From assembly GCF_001194135.2 (NCBI RefSeq), contig NC_068984.1:60881824-60914294 (forward strand): a stretch of 32,471 bases of DNA, in the 5' to 3' direction. The notes under the pieces are model-generated. The model made no database searches. It saw only the letters and a program-made list of their open reading frames with translations, and was not told the origin of the DNA. This DNA comes from Octopus bimaculoides (Eukaryota). Positions 1-10,739 of this stretch are shown here, one piece after another (positions within the stretch are counted from its first letter, which is position 1; the number at the start of each line of letters is the position of its first letter). Made by a program: the position numbers and the translations under genes.

Positions 1-25
<25 letters not shown>
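1..25. repeat. (TA)n microsatellite, truncated by window start
   Basis: Pure TA run read directly. Confidence 0.95.
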
Positions 26-31
<6 letters not shown>

Positions 32-329
32 TTGTTTATTATACGTATCTGCGTGTGTATGCATACATTCAATATCTTCTAATCCGTTCACTTCCATATG
101 ACGCACGCAAATGTATGTGTGTCTATGTGTGAACGTGTGTTTCTCTGGTATGTTTATAGGTCTCTATGTATCTCTTCAAATTGATCCATCACGAACATAG
201 TGCCAATAAATAAATGAATAAATAAACGAACTGTTTTTTCAGAAAAACACAAAACATAAGTAATTTAAAACATGCAGATATTAGACAAATAAAACACGAA
301 ACTATCAAAAAGTAAACGAAAAAGAAACA

Positions 330-332
<3 letters not shown>

Positions 333-363
<31 letters not shown>
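333..363. repeat. (AT)n microsatellite
   Basis: Pure AT run read directly. Confidence 0.95.
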
Positions 364-364
<1 letters not shown>

Positions 365-534
365 CTGCTTTGAGTTACTTATTTAATTTGAAATTTGTCT
401 TAATATCTTAATATCTTACGCATTAGGTAACATATCATTCTGAAATGAACTTCAACCCCAGTCCATCCACTTGTCATACGCTAACACTAACACCACTACC
501 AACAACATTGCTTGTGTTAGCTGAGCCTATATGG

Positions 535-1060
535 GGGAATCTATCTGGATGCTCAATCTGCTAAAATAGCTTCCAATTATCCCTCAAATCCATTCACTAT
601 CGGCTTAGAAAAAGGAAGATTAATTGGATGAGGTTTTGGCCTGGCCTTCGGTTGATTATGACGACGAGTGTTTCCGTTGATACGATCAGCATAACCAGCC
701 TGCTCGTGAAATTAACGTGCAAGTAGCTGAGCCCTCCACAGAGGCGTATACCCTTAATGCAGTTCTCAGGGAGAATCAGCGTGACTCACTGATTGTGATA
801 AGGCTGGCCTTTTGAATAACAAGTAGAATTCATTTTTGCCAGCTGAGTGGACTGGAGCAACGACAAATAAATCATCTTGCCCAAGGTCACAGCTTGCTGC
901 CAGGAATCGAAGTAAGGACCGGGAGCCGAATACCCTAGTCACACTAAGTCACGCGCCTTCTTCTGAGGCTCTCGGTGCACTGTATATGGAAAAGAATACA
1001 GGATGATGGTTATATGGGGGTGAATTTTGACTATCCGAGTTAACCTGGGGCTATTGAACA
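535..1060 (+). mobile_element. Degenerate SINE-like 'family C' copy split by a nested SINE (host arms ~535-634 and ~965-1060)
   Basis: 585-634 (ctcaaatccattcactatcggcttagaaaaagg..attgg) and 975-1060 (..gagttaacctggggcta) align co-linearly with the reverse complement of 23225-23380 and with 3680-3835. Alignment by eye; diverged. Confidence 0.45.
635..960 (-). mobile_element. tRNA-derived CORE-type SINE with 3' domain shared with the 5007-5401 element
   Basis: B-box-like cttcgattcc on minus (903-912). 838-890 (agctgagtggactggagcaac..aaataaa..tcttgcccaagg) matches the CORE segment of the 11325-11762 SINE. 700-815 (cctgctcgtgaaattaacgtgcaagt.gctgagc.ctccacaga) is the reverse complement of ~5215-5330. 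Confidence 0.85.
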
Positions 1061-1082
1061 AGCCTCTGCACCACTGATATTG

Positions 1083-1216
1083 CGGTGGCTGTGGTAGTGG
1101 TGGTGGCTATGGCGGTGGTTGTGCTGGCGGTGATGCTTGTGGTAGTGGTTGGAGTGGTGGTGGTGGTTGTGGTGTGGTTGTGGTGGTAATGATTGGTGTA
1201 GTAGAGGTGGTGGTAG
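1083..1216. repeat. Degenerate (GGT/GTG)n low-complexity tract
   Basis: G/T-rich trinucleotide decay read directly. Confidence 0.85.
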
Positions 1217-1306
1217 CATTACTTTATGACCTCCTTCACCAGAACCATCATGCGCCAGAACCAGTACGGCCGTGACAGGATCCCTACCAACTGTTTTAGA
1301 AGGACC

Positions 1307-2210
1307 AGCGCCCACCTTCACCCTCACCATCACTAGCGTCACCGCCGCCACTAATAGTACAACTTCATTGCCGACACCATCACCACTACCACCACCGCCG
1401 CCGCCGTCACCACTACAGGCACCACTAAGACAAAGACGATGACTCGTTTTAGCACTACCTTCGTTACCGCCAGCTCCATTAATGACCACCACCGCATCGT
1501 TACGTTCATTGCACTGGTACAATCTCCATCACCATCAGAAGCTGGCGTACCACAGCTAAAGCCACTCCTATCATCATCACAAGAACTACCATTGCACAAA
1601 CCTTCAATGTTTTTATCTCACGACTCTACCAAAACCTCAACCACTGTCACTACCTACACCATCACTATAACTGCCTCCGCCATTGCTGTTACGATAGCCT
1701 CGTCATCATGGCTACCACAACCACCAGTGTTTATACCTCACCGCCGCCAGTACCAACCACCACCACCTACTATCACGACTACTACTACCACTACCACCAT
1801 CACAGCCACCAGCACCATCACCACTACCACCACCACTACCACTTCACATCTACTCCTTCCAGCACCACTACCATCACCACTAACATCAGCACCACTCTCA
1901 CTACCGTCACTACCACCACCATCACCACCACTACGACCACAACAATCACCACTACTACCACCACCACCATCATGATCAGTGCCACCACTAGCACCACCAC
2001 CACCACCAGCACCACCATCAGCACCAGCACCAGCACCACCAGCACCACCACCATCACAGCCATCCCGCTCACACTCACACTCACCACCAAATCCGCCATT
2101 ACTACTTCCACAACAATCTCTACCTCACCTAACACGACCACATCTAACCACTATATTAACTAACACAACCATTAAACCATTGCCGCCACTTACTGCGATA
2201 TACATTGTTA
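1307..2210. repeat. Degenerate (ACC/CAC/ACT/CAT)n low-complexity tract
   Basis: About 900 bp of C/A-rich triplets. Explains the poly-Thr/Pro/His/Val ORFs in several frames. Confidence 0.9.
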
Positions 2211-2472
2211 CTGCCAGAGATTAATGAAGTCTGCCAAAAGATTTTTTTTCGTTTTTCGCCTTTGTGTTGTATTACAGTTTTTGTTTCGTGTGAGTGTTTG
2301 TGTGTGCGAGAGTGTGAGTATGTGAGTGTGTGCGTGTGCAAGCGTGTGCGTGCTGTTTTTTTATTTTTTTTACGCATTAAAATTTCAATCATTTGCTAAG
2401 TTGAATTCACACGATACAATCTACAACGAACATTTAGGAAGACAAAAATCCCTACAAAAAAGCAAATAAAAA

Positions 2473-2474
<2 letters not shown>

Positions 2475-2515
<41 letters not shown>

Positions 2516-3122
2516 NNNNNNNNNNNNNNNNNNNNNNNNNNNNNNNNNNNNNNNNNNNNNNNNNNNNNNNNNNNNNNNNNNNNNNNNNNNNNNNNNNNNN
2601 NNNNNNNNNNNNNNNNNNNNNNNNNNNNNNNNNNNNNNNNNNNNNNNNNNNNNNNNNNNNNNNNNNNNNNNNNNNNNNNNNNNNNNNNNNNNNNNNNNNN
2701 NNNNNNNNNNNNNNNNNNNNNNNNNNNNNNNNNNNNNNNNNNNNNNNNNNNNNNNNNNNNNNNNNNNNNNNNNNNNNNNNNNNNNNNNNNNNNNNNNNNN
2801 NNNNNNNNNNNNNNNNNNNNNNNNNNNNNNNNNNNNNNNNNNNNNNNNNNNNNNNNNNNNNNNNNNNNNNNNNNNNNNNNNNNNNNNNNNNNNNNNNNNN
2901 NNNNNNNNNNNNNNNNNNNNNNNNNNNNNNNNNNNNNNNNNNNNNNNNNNNNNNNNNNNNNNNNNNNNNNNNNNNNNNNNNNNNNNNNNNNNNNNNNNNN
3001 NNNNNNNNNNNNNNNNNNNNNNNNNNNNNNNNNNNNNNNNNNNNNNNNNNNNNNNNNNNNNNNNNNNNNNNNNNNNNNNNNNNNNNNNNNNNNNNNNNNN
3101 NNNNNNNNNNNNNNNNNNNNNN

Positions 3123-3175
<53 letters not shown>

Positions 3176-3262
3176 TATACATACACATACACACATACAC
3201 GCACACATACATATATATATATGTGTGTATGTGTGTGTGTGTGTATGTATACATGTATATAT
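2475..3262. repeat. (AC)n - 607-N gap (2516-3122) - (AT)n/(AC)n/(TG)n compound microsatellite
   Basis: Read directly; the gap is bounded by microsatellites. Confidence 0.95.
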
Positions 3263-3629
3263 ACTGACAATGATGAAACCATTGATTTCTCACATTGACA
3301 TAATGCCTCAAATTGCGAAGGGAAGTAAATCTAGTTGATTGAATTGACCTTAGTGCATGCATACTAGACTGATTGGTGCTTCGATGTCAGTGAAGATGCC
3401 GATACGTGGTCTCTCATTAAGCTAGAAGTAACAGCCGAATCATTCTCTCTGCAGCCATACGCTACTGTCTCAAAGAAATGACGTCGGATAATCTGGCACC
3501 TCGTCTCCCACACATGGGGAAAAGGCGGGATGCTCACGTTTGGAAATGCACTGACGATACACCTGTTCAAGGTTGGCCTAAGGCTTAAATAACGATATGA
3601 GCAACAAGAACTGACTACCCCTTCAGGTT

Positions 3630-3835
3630 TATGCCGGTATACCTCTACATGGTTACATAACTTACTAGATATGGCAGTCCAAATTCCTTCACGCCAAGCT
3701 TAACTATTTTAAAAGAATGAATCTTTGGATTGTTGAATCTCAGAGTACAATACGCATCAGAATGAAAATGGGTCGGTCACGGCTGGAATCCTTTTGGTCA
3801 TACGACAGGTCGAGGAAGATTGACCTATGTGCCGA
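3630..3835 (+). mobile_element. SINE-like 'family C' copy
   Basis: GTCACGGCTGGAAT (3776-3789) is the exact reverse complement of 23274-23287, and the flanks align co-linearly with that copy. Confidence 0.6.
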
Positions 3836-4102
3836 TAGAAATTGCAATTGGTTGGTGCTTCACATTGGCGATTCAGAGTATGAGTGAGTTTTATTGCTGC
3901 TGGCCTCAAATGACTTTAAAAGCAATGTTGACCAAGATGTTGTTTACAACTCAAGACACAAAGATGATGTTAATAGCCGTAAAAGCTATTAGATCCACTG
4001 CCTCACTAAAGAAAAATAACCAAAAGACAAAATATAGATTCCCTAAGTTTATAAATGCTCGTACTATATAATTTTTGAATGTTTCGTTTCATGAAAATTA
4101 AA

Positions 4103-4382
4103 AGACCCCCTTCGGTCACGAACGATCATGGGATTGTACTTAGAGAGGCACAAGTTCAGGCAAGGTTATTTTGTGGAAGACCAGTTGTCATCCATGCATA
4201 CTTGTCTTCCCTCTCCACCACCAATGTTGTCAAGGAGAAAGGCAATGGTCGATACACCTTGCCACCAGTGACGTTACAACTTTGTGAACTGCAGGAATGT
4301 AAAATAAAGTGTTTTGCTCAAGAACACAACATATAGCCCGGTCCGGGAATCGAAACGCTTTTACCGCTGAGCTATGCCTTTC
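4103..4382 (-). mobile_element. CORE-type tRNA-derived SINE, same family as 11325-11762, with internal deletions
   Basis: Shared blocks: ggcacaagt.caggcaaggttattt, gatacacctt/gatacagctt..caccagtgacgt, aaataaagtgt.ttgctcaagaa.acaaca, gcccggtccggga.tcgaa. The ORF track shows AQVQARLF in both antisense ORFs. Confidence 0.85.
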
Positions 4383-4664
4383 ATAAATATTGTATTGTCT
4401 ACCTAGATTTACGCATATCTGTCTGTCTATCTGTCTTGCTGTCTATCTGTCTGTCTGTCTGTCTGTTTTATTTTTGATTATTTGGAATATTCCCATAAGG
4501 AAGGAGCCGGCTTCTAACAAAGATGCAAATCTCTAAAGTTCAAATGCACGTAAAAAAAAACAAATTCACAGTTTGGACTTGAGAAATGTCTTGCATATAT
4601 TTACAGTTCCGCTTGTAGATTGCAATTGTGATAAATATATGTATATATGTACACAGGCAGAGTC

Positions 4665-4765
4665 AGATAGATTACTCTGTGATGGTCGTCCCGGCTATCT
4701 GCGCTCTGAGTTCAAGTACAACCGATATTAATTTTGATTTTCGTCGCTTATAAGGCCACAAAATA
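4665..4765 (+). mobile_element. Degraded fragment of SINE 'family B'
   Basis: ctctgagttcaagtacaaccgatattaattttgattttcgtc resembles the ttctgagttcaaactccgccgtgatcgactttacctttcatc block of the 27192-27367 copy. Confidence 0.45.
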
Positions 4766-5006
4766 AAGAACAAGTCCTATACGAATGTTAATTTGTCTCT
4801 TTCTCAAATCATTTTTAGTGTGTGTCTTTCTCTCTCTGGAAGAAATCAGATGTGACCATATCGGGTGGGCAGGCTCTGTCTTGGCAGGCATATTTATGTT
4901 CAAAACTAACCGTATGTCACGAAGGCACACTTACGAATCCATCGAGAAATTAAGGACAATGGCATGAGATGGCATGCTGGTTTGTCTGTATCTATCGATA
5001 AATATA

Positions 5007-5401
5007 GGAGGCACAATGGCCCAGTGGTTAGGGCAGCGAACTCGCGGTTATAGGATCGCGGTTTCGATTCCCAGACCGGGTGTTGTGAGTGTTTATTGAG
5101 CGAAAACACGTAAAGCTCCACGAGGCTCCGGCAGGGGATGGTGGCGAACACTGCTGTACTCTTCCACCACAACTTTCTCTCACTCTTACTTCCTGTTTCT
5201 GTTGTGCCTGTAATTCAAAGGGTCAGCTTTGTCACACTGTGTCACGCTGAATATCCCCGAGAACTACGTTAAGGGTACACGTGTCTGTGGAGTGCTCAGC
5301 CACTTGCACGTTAATTTCACGAGCAGGATGTTCCGTTGTTGATCGGATCAACTGGAACCTTCGATGTCGTAAGCGACGGAGTGCCAACAAACTAACAACA
5401 A
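5007..5401 (+). mobile_element. Full-length tRNA-derived SINE (tRNA head, half-CORE, unique insert, shared 3' domain, (CAA)n tail)
   Basis: A-box tggcccagtgg (5017-5027), B-box ggtttcgattcc (5060-5071), (CAA)-like tail at 5385-5401. The 3' domain matches the 635-960 element in the opposite orientation. Confidence 0.9.
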
Positions 5402-5842
5402 TGTATCTACCTATCTATCTGTCTGCCTGTCTATCCATCTATCCATCCATCAAGCTTGTAACTCCATCTACGCCTTGTTATTGGTACACTCGAACGAGCC
5501 CATAAGCAAAATTGGACGAAGAGAATGAAGAAGATGATGATGTTGATATGATAGTAGTCGCATTGATGCCAAGATGGGGATATTATATAGACCAATGTAA
5601 ATAACACGTGGCTTTGAGCATGTGCACGTGCGTGCCTGGATACATGTGAGATCGCAATGCTAGATGACAAAGATGCTGATGCTGCAGTGCTAGTGCAGCT
5701 AATGACAATGCTACATCTTCTCTTGTTCATAATGATAGTGGTGGTGGTGGTAGTTGTGTTGGTGATCGGTTTTATTTATGGTTCTGATGTAGGCAGTAGT
5801 TGGTATTTGATAGTGGCAGCTATAATGGTGACCCTCCCTCCG

Positions 5843-5925
5843 AAGGAAAAACTTAAACAAAATCAAAACATACCAAGCAAGGAAAAACTTAAACAAAATC
5901 AAAACATACCAAGCAAGCAAAAACT
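5843..5925. repeat. Exact 36-bp tandem duplication plus partial third unit
   Basis: aaggaaaaacttaaacaaaatcaaaacataccaagc at 5843-5878 and 5879-5914, then aagcaaaaact. Confidence 0.95.
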
Positions 5926-6105
5926 ATAGAAAAATATAAATTTCAAAGACAACTATATAGCAGTATAAAAAGACAGACAATACACACATACACCCACACG
6001 CACGCACACACACATACATACACGCTCACACACAGAGCAACAACAACAAAAAAAATGAAATCAAAGAGAAGTTTCCACACATTTCTATTCCATTAGGAAA
6101 TTGGT

Positions 6106-6108
<3 letters not shown>

Positions 6109-6199
<91 letters not shown>

Positions 6200-6282
6200 T
6201 AGGGGGGGTAGTGAGAGAGATAAGGAGAAAGAGAGGGAGATGGAGAGAGAGAGGGGGAAGTGAGTGAGAGAGGGAGGGAGAG
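6109..6282. repeat. (AG)n microsatellite and purine-rich extension
   Basis: Pure (AG)n at 6109-6190, then degenerate GA/GGA. Confidence 0.95.
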
Positions 6283-6404
6283 CTTAGCGCTAAATGTCTA
6301 ACTTAATAGCTGCAAGAGGGATAACTAATTATGACATCCAAGAAGCAAGAAATCTTACAGATTTTGATGGCAGATAACTTTGCTTTAAATCTCATTCACT
6401 TGTT

Positions 6405-6449
6405 TAGAATACATGCATAGACACACATACACATACACAGACGTTCACA

Positions 6450-6506
<57 letters not shown>

Positions 6507-6564
6507 TTACATACACACACATATAAAGATACATGCATGCATACATACAAGCACATATTGCTAT

Positions 6565-6631
<67 letters not shown>

Positions 6632-6890
6632 CACATATATATATATGTATATACATCAATTTGCATATGTGCATATATACATATATATGTATATTTATAT
6701 ATTTGTATTTATATACGTACATATATATATACATAATATATATATATAAACGTATATTAGTACATACCCATATATACAAAGATATAGATGTGTGTGTGTA
6801 TGTGTGTGGTTGTGTGTATCTGTATGTGTATATACATATCCGTATGTACATGTATGTACGTATACATGCATATGTAAATCTACTCATATA
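6405..6890. repeat. Compound (AC)n/(AT)n/(TG)n microsatellite field
   Basis: Read directly. Confidence 0.9.
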
Positions 6891-7681
6891 ATGAAATCAT
6901 TTATTTGGTTTGTGCGAAGCATTCCTACTTAAGCGACAACAGTCCCGAATCCCAGTCGCGAACAATATGCGCACAAGCATTAAATATCTATCATATTATA
7001 ATAAATATAAAACGTATATACCATTTATATTAAGTACATTCACGTTATATATGTACAAACCATACGTACTAACAAACTTGCACACAAACAGACACATGCA
7101 TCAAAGCATAACATACCAACATGTAAAGCACGTTGTGCAATCAATGATATGCATAAAGAGAGAAATATCTGTTTTGGGAAACAAACATGTAAAATAACAA
7201 CAAATTACACACACGCACGTATGCATACGTACATATAAGCATACATGTGTACATGTATGACCACTACCTAAATACCAACAACAGTCATTAAAACAGCGGT
7301 AACGGAGGATGCTACAACATGAGCAACTGGAGAATTTCGATTACTTTCGCATGTGCTACATTTACTGTGTGCCGCCATAATCGTAGAAATTACAATAATA
7401 TAGGCAGTTCACCTTCAGAGACATACATGATAACTGAACTGCCACAACGGCATCCATTACTCTGAAAGCTCTCTTGTCTGTTTGCGGCTCTTTTTTATGT
7501 ACGTAAATTTGATTGTAGTGAATGAGACGAGCACAAAACTGCCTCTATTCTTCAGATAGAATAGCATTATTACCTGTTGTCCGACATCAGTTACGACAAT
7601 CGGCAACTGAAGAATCCGCAAGTTTACAATCGAAGTAACTTAGTCGTTCTGACAAAAATCAAGTGTCTACCACTCCTCTAT

Positions 7682-7960
7682 CTACCTACCTACCTACCTA
7701 CCTACCTACCTGATGGCTTCAACTCGATTTCGAGCAATCCATCGCTTGGTTGTTATCTTAAATGTGAACAACGTAGATATGGCTTTTTAATCCTGCTAGG
7801 GATCTACAATCTTTTGCACAGATGTGGCAACGGTGGACGCCTCTTGCAGCAGGTGTTCAGACAGCTTACCACTTACGCTGACTCAGGCCTTCATTCCTAT
7901 GCGGAATTTTTCATTGATTGTTTTTCCTTCCTTTGTTACACCAAGCCATAGTATGCAACA
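7682..7960 (-). mobile_element. 3' end of an RTE-clade LINE: C-terminal C2H2 finger, short 3'UTR, (TAGG)n tail
   Basis: Minus 7829-7758 translates CHICAKDCRSLAGLKSHIYVVHI* (C-X2-C-X12-H-X4-H). The ~7-unit (CTAC)n run at 7682-7711 lies ~45 bp downstream on the element strand. Upstream frames contain stops. A terminal zinc finger with a short tandem-repeat tail is typical of RTE. Confidence 0.7.
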
Positions 7961-8007
7961 CTTAATAGAGATGTAAAAGAATATCAAGCGCTGCCTTTCC
8001 CAGAAGC

Positions 8008-8395
8008 TTTTTACCTCCGCCAACGAAGGAGGTTATCTTTCATCGGCGTTGGTTTGTCTGCATGTCCGTCTGTGTGTAAAATAACTCAAACAGTTGTGAA
8101 CGGTATTTGATGAAATTTGTAGGAAAAGTTGATAATTACACAAGGAACAGATGATGAAATTTTAGTAGTGATCCGGGAATTTTTATGGATTCTTGAAGGA
8201 TTTTTCATTTGTTATTTTTACTTTACATGAACTATTACAATGTTACGTTTTTTGATTATCTCCCTTGAAAACACGTTCATCGATTCCACGTAACCTATGG
8301 CGGCGTTGTTGTTTCCAAAGTTTAGTTTCGTTTCTCTATTAGTAATTTTACTCGCGTATCTATCTTAAAATGAGCTGCTTGTCGGAGCTCTGCAG
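8008..8395 (+). mobile_element. Helentron-type non-autonomous element (HINE/DINE-1-like), copy 1, 3' hairpin lost
   Basis: Starts in a T-run with ttACCTCCGCCAAcgaaggaggttat, followed by a (GTCT)-like tract. It ends aaatgagctgcttgtcggagctctgc (8368-8393), a decayed version of copy 2's 3' subterminal repeat. Confidence 0.65.
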
Positions 8396-8498
8396 AGGAT
8401 GACATGACAAGCCTTTACTATTGGGATCGACTCAAAAAGCTTCAGATGATTCCTGTTTTTAAAGGTGTTTTTTAAAAATCATATGGCTGTGTTATTTT

Positions 8499-8632
8499 TT
8501 TTACCCCCGCCAAGGAGGTTTTGTTTTTGCTGGCGTTGGTTTGGGAAATTGGGCGATTTTCAGCATGCGTGTATAAGGGTGGAAATGAGCTGCTTGGCGG
8601 AGGTCTGCGCTCTCCGAGTGCTTTTCTAGTTT
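8499..8632 (+). mobile_element. Helentron-type non-autonomous element, copy 2 (~130 bp, internally deleted, intact ends)
   Basis: Sub-TIRs acccccgccaag (8503-8514) and cttggcggaggt (8593-8604), 11/12 complementary. 3' hairpin gcgctc-tcc-gagtgc (8607-8621), terminal CTAG (8626-8629), T-runs on both sides. Confidence 0.75.
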
Positions 8633-8914
8633 AAGTATGGAAAAGCCTTGTGCAGGACCAGTCCCACTTCCTTGACAACTTATTTGCACAAATAGGATAA
8701 TTAGTCCACATCATAAGATGTAAACAAAGTCGTTGGTGTTAAATCAAGAGTTTTCCTTCAAGAGATATGTCTAAACAAAGACTAAGGGTGTTTCCCTTCC
8801 AGTCGTTGGATAACTACTGACCTTGTTGAGGCCATCCTCTCTTTGTCAAGTTTTGTTTTTTGTCCAACGAAAGCAATTTACCTTACCTACCTACTTATAT
8901 AACAACCAATATCT

Positions 8915-9060
8915 GCCAGTACAGTGTTTGGACAACTCGATTTGAAGCTAGATGAAATTCAGACTATTGATGTCACAATCCGAAAACTAACCCTTGAAAT
9001 TTCCACATCAACAAACGCCTCCTCCACATAAAATGGAAGCAATGGGGTGATTGAAACGGT
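8915..9060 (+). mobile_element. Old fragment of an R4/Dong-like LINE, post-RT region
   Basis: 8921 onward translates TVFGQLDLKLDEIQTIDVTIRKL, then after a frameshift NFHINKRLLHIKWKQWG. This resembles the FG.LDW...EI..ID...RK.L...FH..SD.DRLY..R..GGRG motif of this clade. Confidence 0.5.
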
Positions 9061-10653
9061 ATTTAGATGTGGATCACAATCCTTCGACATTGTCTATTAG
9101 CCATCAACCGTCTATGGATTAAATCTGCATGCATGAGGTAGACAGATGGAAATGTGTCCCTCGAGAATCGGAAATGAGTGACTCGGTATGATGAGTAAGG
9201 ATACACAACAGGGGAATACAAGAACAAAAAATTGCAACAAAATACCTGCCATAAAAAAGAAATGGTTAGGGGTGCATATAAAGTAGATGTCAGTAAATGC
9301 CTCTGAAGCAGAACATTATGCAAAGCAAAATGTAGAAAGAATAGTTCTGAAGATGAACATATAGGAAATTGCACAATAATTCATAATATGAAAGAATACT
9401 GATGAAAAGCAGAGTAGCTAAAATGATTTGGGTTAATATAACAAAATTGTGCATAGCAGTGAAAATCACGTACTCAGCAGATGTTATAATAATGTTAATG
9501 AAAAAGAAAGGAACCACGCAAACAAATGTGAAATATTCGGATCTACACAACTAATTACTGAGACACTTGAATTTGTAAGGATTTGATTTAGCACCAATCT
9601 TGAGAATACGGGCTTCACAAATCTACAAAAGAGACAACTAATTGGCAACTTACAGTAATGGAAGTGTACAATATATAAAAGTTCCCAGACATATGTTTAT
9701 GCATACTTTAAACTACAATGCCCACAATGCACAGTCGAATATGATTTAGAAGCAGATTGCTACAGGAACCTAAATAATCATTAGCAGATCCCGATAGTCT
9801 CCCAGAGCTTTCACTTTTAACTCAGCAGAACATATAACCTCGTTGGTATTTGATCCGGAAAACTGGAGCAAATATCGTAAAGCATTCTTGACACCCGTAT
9901 AACATTTGCCTATCGAATGCTTTATATACACATATGCAAGTCAAAAATTACAAATCCCGATATTTGTGTTTGTGCTTCTATAAGAACATAAATGTGTATT
10001 TATATGTACATAAACATATAAATACATATACTTATGCTTACATACATACGTGCGAACATATACACACATGCATATGTAGACACACATATAAAAAAAAGCT
10101 CTCTTTTATTTATTTATTTTTTACTCAATATAAGCCAACGAAGGTCTCACTCTGTATAAATAGTAGCCACATCTCTCTCAAATTACATCTTAAAGTCTAA
10201 AATACAGCGTGTATGGAATAAGGCTGTCTCGGCATACTGATCATATAAATCTGCTCCATAAGAACTTGGTTGGAGCTAAAGAACAATTCCAAATGTTTCG
10301 AACAAACAGAAATCCTCTGCGTTAGTGATTCTTGATCCTTCTGTCATTTACAATCTCAGTTTGATGTATTTTATGATTCATCCTCCTACACTCACGAAAT
10401 AGGCTTAATTTATTCAGGTGAATCACATCTATTAGAGATTCACAAGCAAAAAAAATGTCAATCATCATACAAAAAATTTTATTTTTTTTAATAAATCAAT
10501 ATTGATAAAAAGTATTCGAATATATAGTTCGAAGTGAGCATGAAATATAATGATTCTGTAGATGATAGCATTTTATTCATTTATATATCTCTAAGTGAGC
10601 TATATTCCGAATTTACATATATGACAAGTGGAATTTACAGATATGATAGATTT

Positions 10654-10694
<41 letters not shown>
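10654..10694. repeat. (ATC)n microsatellite
   Basis: Pure run read directly. Confidence 0.95.
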
Positions 10695-10739
10695 TGCGTG
10701 AGAGAACAGAAGACTGGTACTGCACCTATTATTATTATT

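Noticed and set aside
1040-2224. Long Thr/Pro/His/Val-rich ORFs resembling a mucin or extensin
   Set aside because: Several overlapping frames on both strands are open simply because (ACC)n/(GGT)n triplets contain no stops. There are no convincing splice signals or non-repetitive domain.
2396-3362. 270-313 aa ORFs (also 17899-18284, 26173-26550, 30064-30396)
   Set aside because: They run through N-gaps and dinucleotide repeats, so they are artefacts.
5007-5080. tRNA gene
   Set aside because: A- and B-boxes are present, but there is no closing acceptor stem or T-run terminator, and the sequence continues into a multi-copy SINE body.
7758-7829. Exon of a host C2H2 zinc-finger gene
   Set aside because: It is a single finger with no TGEKP linker or neighbouring fingers, preceded by stop-ridden sequence and followed by a LINE-type tandem tail; RTE origin is more parsimonious.
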